This document shows positions 24,259 through 32,000 of a DNA stretch of 32,000 nt, one piece after another. Where the stretch lies: assembly GCA_049511795.1 (NCBI GenBank), contig JBEKXS010000001.1, positions 120,001 to 152,000 of the forward strand, in the 5' to 3' direction. This DNA is from Candidatus Saccharimonadota bacterium. Lineage in GTDB: Archaea > Nanobdellota > Nanobdellia > Pacearchaeales > GW2011-AR1. The notes under the pieces are model-generated. The model was not told the origin of the DNA. It saw only the letters and a list, made by a program, of their open reading frames with translations, and ran no database searches. The translations under genes were made by a program, and so were the position numbers. Numbering within the stretch: the stretch's first letter is position 1; each line of letters starts with the position of its first letter.

Positions 24259-24774
24259 ATGGAAAAAAGAGGGCAATTTTATCTTGTTGCTGCAATAATC
24301 ATCACAGTTATTGTCATGGGAATTGCTGCCATTTCAAATTATTCAATAAAATCAGAACCGACAAATGTTGAAGCATTAAAAGAGCAAATACAAACAGAAA
24401 GCACAAAAACAATTGATTATGGCATAAACAAACCATTAGACCAAAACGGGATGTTCAATCTTCTTACTGATTTCACCCAGCAATACATAAATTCTGAATC
24501 AAGGGACAAAAATCTTTACTTCATTTTCGGCACAAAAACAAACATGACTTTGAATGGTTTTCAAAATACAAATAATAATGTTCTTTTAGATAATGCTGCA
24601 GTTACTTCAAACAGCAATAGTGCATTTTTGTATAGTGAAGTGCCTGCAAACCCTAATTTAGTAATATTAACAATAAATCAAACAGACTATGATTTTAACT
24701 TAAGCGATGGGCAAAATTTCTTTTTTGTAATTTCTCAGCAAACAGGAGGTGAAACAGATGTTGTCAGTTGGTAA
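24259..24774 (+). CDS. Type IV pilin-like protein with a class III signal peptide
   Basis: MEKRGQ/FYLVAAIIITVIVMGIAAI has a short basic leader, a G-Q cleavage-type site and a hydrophobic helix. The body is N/T-rich with N-x-S/T sequons. The track start is the ATG at 24250. The ATG at 24259 fits the class III leader and the upstream TTTAATAA better. Confidence 0.6.
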   Translation: MEKRGQFYLVAAIIITVIVMGIAAISNYSIKSEPTNVEALKEQIQTESTKTIDYGINKPLDQNGMFNLLTDFTQQYINSESRDKNLYFIFGTKTNMTLNGFQNTNNNVLLDNAAVTSNSNSAFLYSEVPANPNLVILTINQTDYDFNLSDGQNFFFVISQQTGGETDVVSW

Positions 24775-26011
24775 ATGGAAGAAGAATAAATTAGGTGTCA
24801 GCGTCATAATCGGCTATATTCTTCTTGTTGCCTTTGCAGTTGTGACTGGAGCAATTGTTTACAACTACCTAAGAACATATGTTCCAACACAACCATTGTC
24901 ATGTCCTGATGGAGTTTCACTTTTTGTTCAGGATTCAAACTACTGCGGAAACCAGCTAAATCTTACGATAAGAAACAATGGAAGATTTGATGTTGCTGGC
25001 TATTATATCAGGGCAACAAATTCATCAAGCCAAACAATCCCAATTATTGACCTTTCTTCTTCTTTAAACAGCACTTACGGCGGATTCCCAAATGGAAACT
25101 TAATTATGTTTTCTCCTGCAAACAATAACTCTTTTACAGCAGGAAATCAGACAATGCATGTGTACACTATTTCATCATCATTAGGAAATATCTCTTCTAT
25201 ACAAATAGTTCCTGCAGTTTATGAAGTCCAGAACAACAGAAATATTTTAGCAAGATGCTCAAATGCAATCCAAACTGAAAGCGACATTCAATGTACAGTT
25301 GGTTGTATTCCCGCAATAAATGATAATTTAAACGCAATTTGTGGAATAAGAGTTTGTGGAACACAACAGAATGGGACATGCGGTTCTATTAGTTGCGGAA
25401 CTTGTACAGGTGGGAATGTATGCAACTCAACAGGGCAATGTGTTTCTCAATCACAATGCATAGACACATGTACAAACTTAGGATTTCAATGCGGAACCCA
25501 TACAGTTTGTGGAGTAAATACTCTTTGTGGAACATGTAGTGGAACAAATAATCTTTGTAATTCAACAGGGCAGTGTGTATCTTCTCTTTGCGGAACCCCT
25601 GATCAAGTTTGCAGCAGCGGAGGTTCCCAATCATGTACTATAAATGGGTACCCAGGAACACAAACATGTAATTCTCAATGTACTGCATGGAGTGCATGCA
25701 CAACAACTTATGGAAATGGTGTCTGTGATCCCGGAGAAACTTGTGCAGAACCAGCATGCCAGGGTTATCAAGCAGCATGTACATCAGGAAATGTTTGTAT
25801 TTCAGGTTCATGTCAACCAATAGGCGGTGGAAGCACATGCACAAATTACTGCATAAGTTTAGTTAATCATAATCCTAGATACACAAGCGGCAGCTGCCTT
25901 TCTAGTTCAGACCAATGTCAAACTAATGGTGGGACTTATGAATCAGGAGGAAACCCATATTGCCCTCTTGGTTCGTCTCTATCGCCTACAGGAACATGCT
26001 GTTGTTTTTAA
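24758..26011 (+). CDS. Large type IV pilin-like protein with a cysteine-rich C-terminal module
   Basis: GGAGGTG lies 7 nt upstream of the ATG at 24758; the track start at 24749 is a GTG inside that SD. The N-terminus MLSVGKWKKNKLG/VSVIIGYILLVAFAVVTGAIVYNY is an archaeal DUF361-type prepilin signal. In the C-terminal region of about 250 aa I count about 38 Cys, with repeats CGTCTGGNVCNSTGQCVS / CGTCSGTNNLCNSTGQCVS. The protein ends in ...GTCCCF. Confidence 0.72.
   Translation: MLSVGKWKKNKLGVSVIIGYILLVAFAVVTGAIVYNYLRTYVPTQPLSCPDGVSLFVQDSNYCGNQLNLTIRNNGRFDVAGYYIRATNSSSQTIPIIDLSSSLNSTYGGFPNGNLIMFSPANNNSFTAGNQTMHVYTISSSLGNISSIQIVPAVYEVQNNRNILARCSNAIQTESDIQCTVGCIPAINDNLNAICGIRVCGTQQNGTCGSISCGTCTGGNVCNSTGQCVSQSQCIDTCTNLGFQCGTHTVCGVNTLCGTCSGTNNLCNSTGQCVSSLCGTPDQVCSSGGSQSCTINGYPGTQTCNSQCTAWSACTTTYGNGVCDPGETCAEPACQGYQAACTSGNVCISGSCQPIGGGSTCTNYCISLVNHNPRYTSGSCLSSSDQCQTNGGTYESGGNPYCPLGSSLSPTGTCCCF
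25394..25585 (+). repeat. Intragenic direct repeat encoding the CGTC-x(4,5)-C-NSTGQCVS unit
   Basis: 25394-25450 (tgcggaacttgtacaggtgggaatgtatgcaactcaacagggcaatgtgtttctcaa) and 25526-25585 (tgtggaacatgtagtggaacaaataatctttgtaattcaacagggcagtgtgtatcttct) are clearly related at both DNA and protein level. Confidence 0.7.
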
Positions 26012-26017
26012 AATAAA

Positions 26018-26025
26018 TTTATAAA
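26018..26025 (+). promoter_or_regulatory. TATA box (TTTATAAA) for the pilin gene at 26047
   Basis: Starts 29 nt upstream of the ATG at 26047, implying a leaderless mRNA. Confidence 0.55.
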
Positions 26026-26046
26026 TTGCAAAAGCGTTGAATAAAA

Positions 26047-26529
26047 ATGATGAAGAGGATGAAAAAAAGAGGTTTGTCTCCTGTTATTGCGACAATGCTT
26101 CTTGTTGCAATGACAATTGCTCTTGCTCTTATTGTTTTCTTGTGGTTCCGAAGCTTCAATCAGGAAGCAATCACAAAATTCGGCGGAACAAACATAGATA
26201 TTGTATGCCAGCAAGTCCAGTTTGACGCAAATTATGATTCTAGTTCAGATACATTGTCAATTCAAAATTCAGGGAATGTTCCTGTATACAGTTTCAGCCT
26301 TCAGATACAAAAATCAGGAAGCCAGCAGACAATTGATATGACAAGTGCTGTTGCAGACTGGCCAAAAATCGGATTGCCTGTAAATGGAGTTTACTCCGGA
26401 GCAATTGACAGCACAGATGCAAGCGGCGCAAGCACGATAACTGTAATTCCTGTCTTGAGGGGAACTTCAAGCAGCGGAATAAAAACTCATGTTTGTTCTA
26501 GCCAGTACGGGAAGCAATTAACTGTATGA
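26047..26529 (+). CDS. Archaeal type IV pilin (DUF361-type N-terminus)
   Basis: MMKRMKKRG/LSPVIATMLLVAMTIALALIVFLWF is a textbook archaeal class III signal peptide with the (K/R)G-(L/V)SPVI motif. Confidence 0.82.
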   Translation: MMKRMKKRGLSPVIATMLLVAMTIALALIVFLWFRSFNQEAITKFGGTNIDIVCQQVQFDANYDSSSDTLSIQNSGNVPVYSFSLQIQKSGSQQTIDMTSAVADWPKIGLPVNGVYSGAIDSTDASGASTITVIPVLRGTSSSGIKTHVCSSQYGKQLTV

Positions 26530-27047
26530 AAATGAAATCAAAAAAAGGATTATCAGCTGTTGTGGAAACTATGATTATGATTGCTCTTGTAATTGCAGCT
26601 GTTTCAATAATCTGGGTCGTCATAAACAATACAATAAACACGCAATTGAATACAGCAAGCTCTTGCGCAAATGTTGTTGACAAAGTCACAATTGACCAGA
26701 GATATACTTGCTATAATGAAAGCTCTGACCAACTTAGACTTGCAATTAATGTTGGCGACATAAAAAATCTTCAGGACATTTTAGTTTCTATAACACAAGG
26801 CGGGCAGAGCAAAAGTTTTAAGATAAATACAGACAACGCCACTGACGGTTTGAAGTATTTTAACTGGTCAGGACCTATGCAAATTCCAGGACCAAATTCA
26901 GGATTAACATATATTTATCCAATGAACTCGCCTATTGTTCAATTTCCAGACCAAGTTGAAATTGCGCCAATTATCAACGGGAACACATGCACAGGACCTG
27001 CTCCTATAACACAAATAGACAGTTGCACATTGCTCGCTTCTGGATAA
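26526..27047 (+). CDS. Archaeal type IV pilin (DUF361-type N-terminus)
   Basis: MKMKSKKG/LSAVVETMIMIALVIAAVSIIWVVI. An ATGA start/stop overlap with the previous pilin gene indicates translational coupling. Confidence 0.8.
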   Translation: MKMKSKKGLSAVVETMIMIALVIAAVSIIWVVINNTINTQLNTASSCANVVDKVTIDQRYTCYNESSDQLRLAINVGDIKNLQDILVSITQGGQSKSFKINTDNATDGLKYFNWSGPMQIPGPNSGLTYIYPMNSPIVQFPDQVEIAPIINGNTCTGPAPITQIDSCTLLASG

Positions 27048-27071
27048 AACAAAAATATTCTCAAAGAAAAT

Positions 27072-27079
27072 ATTATAAA
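27072..27079 (+). promoter_or_regulatory. TATA box (ATTATAAA) for the pilin-like gene at 27101
   Basis: Starts 29 nt upstream of the ATG at 27101. Confidence 0.5.
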
Positions 27080-27100
27080 CTATCCCTCGCTAGTAGGTAT

Positions 27101-27667
27101 ATGAATCTGAAAAAGAGGTTTTTATTTGGAAAAACGCGCGGAAAAAATTATATCCAGGGGCAGGTTTGGGTAGAAACGGTTATCTATACCCTTGTTGCTT
27201 TTGCATTAATGGGGCTTGTTCTTGCATTTGTTGTTCCAAAAGTTCAGGAAACGCAAGACAAAGGAATCATACAGCAGTCAGTTGGAATAATGAACAACAT
27301 TGATACAACCATAAGAAATCTTGGGAGCCCGGGAAACCAGAGAGTTATACAATTAAGCATACAAAAAGGCTCTTTGACAATAAATGCCACAAGTGACCAG
27401 ATAATTTTCAACATTGAAAGCAATTACCAATACAGCCAGCCGGGAGAAAATGTCACAGTAGGAAACTTGGTCGTGCAGGATGAAAAAGAAAACAATATTG
27501 ATGTAATAAATATGGCATTGGATTACTCCGGATTGTATAATCTAAGCTACAATGGGCAGGAAATATCAAAGACATTAACAAGTGCCTCAACGCCATACAC
27601 TGTCACAATATCTGACCAAGGTCAGGATCCATCAGGAAATGCAATAATAAACTTTCAGGTAAGCTAA
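27101..27667 (+). CDS. Type IV pilin-like protein with a class III signal peptide
   Basis: MNLKKRFLFGKTRGKNYIQGQ/VWVETVIYTLVAFALMGLVLAFVV. The ORF-track extension back to 26987 overlaps the previous pilin gene and is rejected. Confidence 0.65.
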   Translation: MNLKKRFLFGKTRGKNYIQGQVWVETVIYTLVAFALMGLVLAFVVPKVQETQDKGIIQQSVGIMNNIDTTIRNLGSPGNQRVIQLSIQKGSLTINATSDQIIFNIESNYQYSQPGENVTVGNLVVQDEKENNIDVINMALDYSGLYNLSYNGQEISKTLTSASTPYTVTISDQGQDPSGNAIINFQVS

Positions 27668-27677
27668 AAATAAAAAA

Positions 27678-29222
27678 ATGGCAACGATAAAAGACTATCC
27701 AAGAGTCAAAATAAATTTCAATCCAGAAGTTCCTCCCTTAAAGATATCTAAGGATAAAACAAAAATAGATGTCCGTTACAGCGTTCTTGCTCCTTTTGCA
27801 TTTATACACATTCATTGGGACCCAAAAGAGTTTGAAGTTATGTACGAAATTGAAGAGCCAATACTTAATGCAGAAGAGCAGGCATATGCAGACCAGATTC
27901 TTAATGCAATGCGAGACATGATTGATTTTGACGTCATCGTCGAGAAAGACAATGAAAAGCTTCTTGAATACATTGACAAGAGATTTAAAATAATAGCGTT
28001 TGAGCTTGGACTGAACATTTCATATGAAGCTTACAAAAAAATATATTACTATCTTGTAAGGGATTTCATCGGCTTCAATGAAGTTGAGCCTTTGCTAAGA
28101 GATTATTTTGTTGAAGATATAGAGTGCAATGGTGCTGACAGCCCTGTTTACATTGTCCACAGAATTTTCAGGAACCTTAAAACAAATCTGATTTTCAAAA
28201 GCATTGATAGATTAGAAAATTTTGTAGAGAAACTGGCGCAAAGAAGCGGAAAATACATTTCATATGCCTCCCCGATACTTGATTCAACATTGCCTGACGG
28301 AAGCAGGGTAAATGCAACATACACAAAAGATATAACAAGCAGGGGACCAACATTTACAATCAGGAAATTCACAAAAACTCCATGGACACCTCCTCAACTT
28401 TTGGCTTTCCAGACCTTAAGCCCTGAAATGCTCGCATATTTGTGGATTTTAGTTCAATATAAAATGAATATTCTAATAACAGGAGGAACATCGTCGGGAA
28501 AAACAACTTTGCTTAATGCAATTGCATTCTTTATTCCGCCAGAGGCAAGGGTTGTTTCAATTGAAGATACGCGTGAACTTAATTTGCCAAGGGAAAACTG
28601 GCTTCCAAGCGTTGTGCGTAGTGCAACAGGGGCTGGAAATGTTGGTGAAATCGACCTTTTCACATTGCTGAAAAGCTCTTTCAGGCAAAATCCGGATTAT
28701 GTAATTGTGGGTGAAGTCAGGGGAGAAGAGGCATATGTTCTCTTCCAGGGAATGGCATCAGGGCACTCATCAATAAGCACTATCCACGCAGATTCTGTAG
28801 ACACTGTTATACAAAGATTGGAAACTCCACCAATCAACCTTTCGCCTACTCTTCTCAATGTACTTGATTGCGTATGCATCATGACGCATGCAATCGCAAA
28901 AAAGCAGGAAACAAGGAAGCTAAAGGAAATTGTTGAAATAATAAATGTAACTCCTGATGGCGTTGCTTTGACAAACACTCCTTTTATCTGGAATCCAAGC
29001 GATGACAGCTTCTACTTCAAGAAAAACAGCAAGATTTTCGAGAAAATATCAAAAAGATATGGAATTGATCCAAAGGAACTTGATGAAGAATTCAGGACAA
29101 GAGTCAAACTCCTTTACACCCTGTATGAACATAAAGTGTTTGGTTTCCAGGAATTCCAAGACGTTGTAACACAGTATTACAAGAAACCAAAAGAAACTTT
29201 GGCTAAATTTAATATTGGATAG
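27678..29222 (+). CDS. FlaI/ArlI-PilB/TadA-family type IV pilus (secretion) ATPase
   Basis: 514 aa. Walker A is ILITGGTSSGKTTLLNA, the Asp box is VVSIEDTRELNL, Walker B is PDYVIVGEVRGEEA and the His box is GHSSISTIHADS. The N-terminal domain is typical of archaeal FlaI-like ATPases. Confidence 0.92.
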   Translation: MATIKDYPRVKINFNPEVPPLKISKDKTKIDVRYSVLAPFAFIHIHWDPKEFEVMYEIEEPILNAEEQAYADQILNAMRDMIDFDVIVEKDNEKLLEYIDKRFKIIAFELGLNISYEAYKKIYYYLVRDFIGFNEVEPLLRDYFVEDIECNGADSPVYIVHRIFRNLKTNLIFKSIDRLENFVEKLAQRSGKYISYASPILDSTLPDGSRVNATYTKDITSRGPTFTIRKFTKTPWTPPQLLAFQTLSPEMLAYLWILVQYKMNILITGGTSSGKTTLLNAIAFFIPPEARVVSIEDTRELNLPRENWLPSVVRSATGAGNVGEIDLFTLLKSSFRQNPDYVIVGEVRGEEAYVLFQGMASGHSSISTIHADSVDTVIQRLETPPINLSPTLLNVLDCVCIMTHAIAKKQETRKLKEIVEIINVTPDGVALTNTPFIWNPSDDSFYFKKNSKIFEKISKRYGIDPKELDEEFRTRVKLLYTLYEHKVFGFQEFQDVVTQYYKKPKETLAKFNIG

Positions 29223-29278
29223 ACTTCTTAATGGTTATAAACGAAAGTATTTAATAACACTTTTTCCTTCTTTGATAT

Positions 29279-29464
29279 ATGAAAAAAGGTGAAAGGAATT
29301 CTGCTGTAGAGGGCGAAATCTCCTCAATAAATTACCTTATAAGAATGCTGGGTATGCATGTACAAAAGCTTGAGGAAGCTTACAAAAAGAAAGACCATAG
29401 GGAATTCAATATAATCAAAAAAGAGATTATTCAGATACAAAAAAAGATACACACTCTTATATAA
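29279..29464 (+). CDS. Small coiled-coil protein, possible pilus accessory
   Basis: 61 aa, helical and K/E/I-rich. Its stop lies 1 nt before the next ATG. TTTAATAA starts 29 nt upstream of its ATG. Confidence 0.4.
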   Translation: MKKGERNSAVEGEISSINYLIRMLGMHVQKLEEAYKKKDHREFNIIKKEIIQIQKKIHTLI

Positions 29465-29465
29465 A

Positions 29466-30788
29466 ATGGCAATAGACGAACTGAAAGCTAATTTTGAAAG
29501 AGAGAAGAAAATAGCTGACCAAATAAGTTCCTTAACTCAGGAGCTGAACAATTCCGAAAGCGATGAAGAAAGAAGAATGATTTCATCGCAGATAAACATA
29601 CTGAAATCATCGCTAAGAAAATCAAGTCAAGGCGTTGTCAATGCTGCGGAAAACATTTCAATGCCAAATCCGCTGCCAACACAGACAAAAACTGCATTGC
29701 CTGTTGTTAAAGCAAAACCTGCAGCAGCACAGACAGGAAAACCAGTGTTCACAGGAAAAGTTGAGGATTTGTTTCCTGCATTTACATTAAGAAAGCAAAA
29801 AGTGTCTAGTCTTGAAAAAGACACAATAAAAAGACTAAAGAAAAAAGAAGTTGTTGTTGCAAAGAAAAAAGAAAAAACTCCAAGTGTTTATGTAAAATTT
29901 GCAAGCAACCTTTTTTACAAAAGAGCTGAAAAGCAGATTAAGAAAGGAAGTTTTTACAATTTAAGAAGGGATTTAATAAAAGGCAACCTTGATTTTGTTC
30001 CTGAAAGCTATATTTCTGTGATTTATTTTACAACCCTGATTTCATTCATTGCATCTATTTTTGTAATGATTTTTTTCCTTTTCTTTGACCTTATTGCCAC
30101 GCCGCCATTCCTGGTTGCAACAAAGACAGCAATCACAACAAGATTTTTGGAAACTTTCTGGATTCTTATTGTTCTTCCTGCTATTGTTTTTATTTTTGCA
30201 TATTTTTACCCGACGCTGGAGAAAAGATCCCTGGAAACAAGAATAAATGAAGAGCTTCCTTTTGCAGTAATCCACATGTCCTCTGTTTCAAGGTCAATGA
30301 TTGAGCCAAGCAAGATTTTCTCGATTATTATTGCTACAGGAGAATATCCTCATCTTGAAAAAGAATTTACAAAACTTTTCAATGATGTCAACATTTACGG
30401 CTATGACCTTGTTACTGCATTAAGGGATATGGCATTCAACAGCCCAAGCAGAAAGCTTTCTGATTTGTACAATGGGCTTGCAACAACAATAACTTCTGGC
30501 GGAGATCTTCCGGAATTTTTTGATAAAAGGGCGCAGACTCTTCTTTTTGACCATCGTCTTGAAACAGAAAAGCATGCAAAAGCTGCAGAAACATTCATGG
30601 ATATTTACATAAGCGTTGTCATAGCTTCTCCAATGATTCTTATGCTTTTGCTTGTAATGATGAGCGCAAGCGGCCTTGGATTAAGCCTGAGCACTTCAAT
30701 GATAAGCCTGATTATGGTTTTGGCAGTCACCTTGATGAATGTTTTATTCCTCGTATTTTTACACCTAAAACAGCCAGGAGGAGAATAA
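29466..30788 (+). CDS. Pilus platform membrane protein, first half (FlaJ/TadB-like T2SSF domain) with a long N-terminal cytoplasmic extension
   Basis: The T2SSF-like region is LPFAVIHMSSVSRSMIEPSKIF...YGYDLVTALRDMA...LATTITSGGDLPEFF. TM helices flank it, and about 170 aa of coiled-coil/K-rich sequence precede it. Confidence 0.8.
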   Translation: MAIDELKANFEREKKIADQISSLTQELNNSESDEERRMISSQINILKSSLRKSSQGVVNAAENISMPNPLPTQTKTALPVVKAKPAAAQTGKPVFTGKVEDLFPAFTLRKQKVSSLEKDTIKRLKKKEVVVAKKKEKTPSVYVKFASNLFYKRAEKQIKKGSFYNLRRDLIKGNLDFVPESYISVIYFTTLISFIASIFVMIFFLFFDLIATPPFLVATKTAITTRFLETFWILIVLPAIVFIFAYFYPTLEKRSLETRINEELPFAVIHMSSVSRSMIEPSKIFSIIIATGEYPHLEKEFTKLFNDVNIYGYDLVTALRDMAFNSPSRKLSDLYNGLATTITSGGDLPEFFDKRAQTLLFDHRLETEKHAKAAETFMDIYISVVIASPMILMLLLVMMSASGLGLSLSTSMISLIMVLAVTLMNVLFLVFLHLKQPGGE

Positions 30789-30804
30789 AAATAAAAGATA
30801 AAAA

Positions 30805-31671
30805 ATGGAACTAAAAAAAGGATATTGGGTCGGAATTGCATTCGGATTCCTAATTGTACTTGCCTCTCTTGCTTTCATAGGAACAAGATTTTTCCTTTTC
30901 ATAATTGGTATAGGGATTTTGACAATAGCTGCGCCTTTTGTGCTGGCAACAATAAATGAAACAAATGCAGCAACTGAGAAAGAAGACATGTTCCTTGAAT
31001 TTGCAAGAAATCTTGTTGAAAGCGTGAAAACAGGAACGCCAATAAGCAAGAGCATTGTCAATGTAAAGGACAAGCCATATGGCGTCTTGAGCGAGAACAT
31101 AAAAAAGCTTGCAAACCAAATTTCAATGGGAATACCATTGAACTCTGCGCTTCAAACATTTTCAAAAGATGTAAACAACAAAACTATTTCGAGGGCGCTA
31201 ACATTAATAGGGCAGGCAGAAAAAAGCGGCGGAGAAATTGGAGGAATTCTTGAATCTGTTACAGAAGCTGTCAGCACTTCTGACAGGCTGAAAAAAGAAA
31301 GGAAGGCAGCAATCTCAAGCCTTGTTGTCGAGGGATACATAATTTTCCTTGTGTTCATAGTTATTATTCTTGTCCTTCAATTCCAGATTCTTCCAATGAT
31401 TACAAACATAGTTCCTTCTGGTTCATCTTTAGGATTAGGAGGAATAGGAGGCCTTGGCGGAATTGGCGGGGGCGGAGGACAGCCAATAGACAAAACGCAA
31501 ATAGCAAATGCTTTCCTTTATCTGCTTCTTATTCAGGCATTTTTCACAGGCTTGACAATAGGAATGCTTTCTGAAGGCAGCATGAAGCCGGGAATAAAGC
31601 ACTCTTTCATCCTTATGGCAATTGCATTCTTGATTTCAGCAGGAGCAAATGTTTTGTTTGGGGGTGCTTAA
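30805..31671 (+). CDS. Pilus platform membrane protein, second half (FlaJ/TadC-like T2SSF domain)
   Basis: FLEFARNLVESVKTGTPISKSI...MGIPLNSALQTFSK....ISRALTLIGQAEKSGGEIGGILESV is a T2SSF signature. It has N-terminal and C-terminal TM helices and a Gly-rich insert GSSLGLGGIGGLGGIGGGGGQ. Confidence 0.8.
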   Translation: MELKKGYWVGIAFGFLIVLASLAFIGTRFFLFIIGIGILTIAAPFVLATINETNAATEKEDMFLEFARNLVESVKTGTPISKSIVNVKDKPYGVLSENIKKLANQISMGIPLNSALQTFSKDVNNKTISRALTLIGQAEKSGGEIGGILESVTEAVSTSDRLKKERKAAISSLVVEGYIIFLVFIVIILVLQFQILPMITNIVPSGSSLGLGGIGGLGGIGGGGGQPIDKTQIANAFLYLLLIQAFFTGLTIGMLSEGSMKPGIKHSFILMAIAFLISAGANVLFGGA

Positions 31672-32000
31672 ATGGTTTTGAAATTAAAAAAGAACAGGCG
31701 CAACAAGCGTGGTTCCCAGGTCGAGTTTGTTGTTTCTTTTGTCCTTTTTGTGACGTTCATAATTTTTGTATATCTTCTTCTTAGCTCAAAGATAGATTTT
31801 GGGCAAGGCAAAAAAAATTCCCTTGACAATGCTGAAACCGGAATTTTGAACATTGTTACTGGAAACCTGGCAGTGACTTCTGTAAGTGTAAATAGTGGCT
31901 CAGGAAGCTGTTTTACATTTACTGGTTTGGCAAGCACTTTAGGGTTAAGTAATAATATTATGGCACAAAATAGTTCTGGAGCAAATGTTTCTGCATATTC
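31672..32000 (+). CDS. Type IV pilin-like protein, 5' partial (continues past the right edge of the window)
   Basis: Manual translation gives MVLKLKKNRRNKRG/SQVEFVVSFVLFVTFIIFVYLLL..., with no stop through 32000. This is a class III signal-like N-terminus. The ATG lies directly after the previous stop. The antisense ORF at 31668..31937 is rejected. Confidence 0.55.
   Translation, partial: MVLKLKKNRRNKRGSQVEFVVSFVLFVTFIIFVYLLLSSKIDFGQGKKNSLDNAETGILNIVTGNLAVTSVSVNSGSGSCFTFTGLASTLGLSNNIMAQNSSGANVSAY

Noticed and set aside
25197-25844. Three minus-strand ORFs of 60-81 aa antisense to the Cys-rich pilin gene
   Set aside because: They are artefacts of the TGY/ACA-rich repeat. They are H/L/K/Y-rich, lack starts with promoters, and lie inside a supported CDS.
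26987-27100. Upstream extension of the 27101 pilin-like ORF (MHRTCSYNTNRQ...)
   Set aside because: It overlaps the 3' end of the preceding pilin gene in another frame. A TATA-like box sits 29 nt before the ATG at 27101, and the class III signal begins right after that ATG.
24259-32000. Interpreting the locus as an archaellum (motility) operon
   Set aside because: No FlaH/ArlH, FlaF/G, FlaCDE or archaellin-type genes are visible in the window. The split platform and multiple DUF361-type pilins point to an adhesive pilus, although genes beyond 32000 are unseen.
1-32000. CRISPR arrays, IS elements/transposases, integrases, prophage genes and rRNA genes
   Set aside because: Reading through the intergenic regions and the ORF list, I found no regularly spaced direct repeats, terminal inverted repeats, DDE or tyrosine-recombinase-like ORFs, or rRNA-like GC-rich blocks.

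Overview
Low-GC archaeal chromosome segment. aEF-1alpha, archaeal DnaG, DtdA, diphthine synthase, TrmB regulators, class-III-signal pilins and an archaeal-type SRP RNA all indicate an archaeon. The small compact genes suggest a reduced, DPANN-like uncultivated lineage, but that is inference only. About 44 genes are packed tightly, and most first genes look leaderless. Housekeeping content: tuf (aEF-1alpha), dnaG, pcm, rnhB, dtdA, dph5, ileS, argS, a HemK/Mtq2-like methyltransferase, initiator tRNA-Met, tRNA-Ser(GCU), tRNA-Leu(UAA) and SRP RNA. Four things stand out. (1) A 954-aa protein has canonical SMC heads but no hinge, and carries a Rad50-type CPVC zinc hook exactly at its midpoint. (2) A stand-alone GGDEF diguanylate-cyclase gene has intact GGEEF and RxxD sites, and this family is essentially bacterial. 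(3) From 24.2 kb to the window end lies a Tad/FlaI-type archaeal type IV pilus locus with six class-III-signal pilin-like genes, one ATPase and a platform protein split into two genes. (4) One of those pilins carries a C-terminal module of about 250 aa with roughly 38 cysteines and internal CGTC...CNSTGQC repeats. A TATA-like octamer starts exactly 29 nt upstream of the ATG (or RNA 5' end) of about 15 transcription units, and I used this to refine several start codons. I saw no CRISPR arrays, IS elements or rRNA genes.
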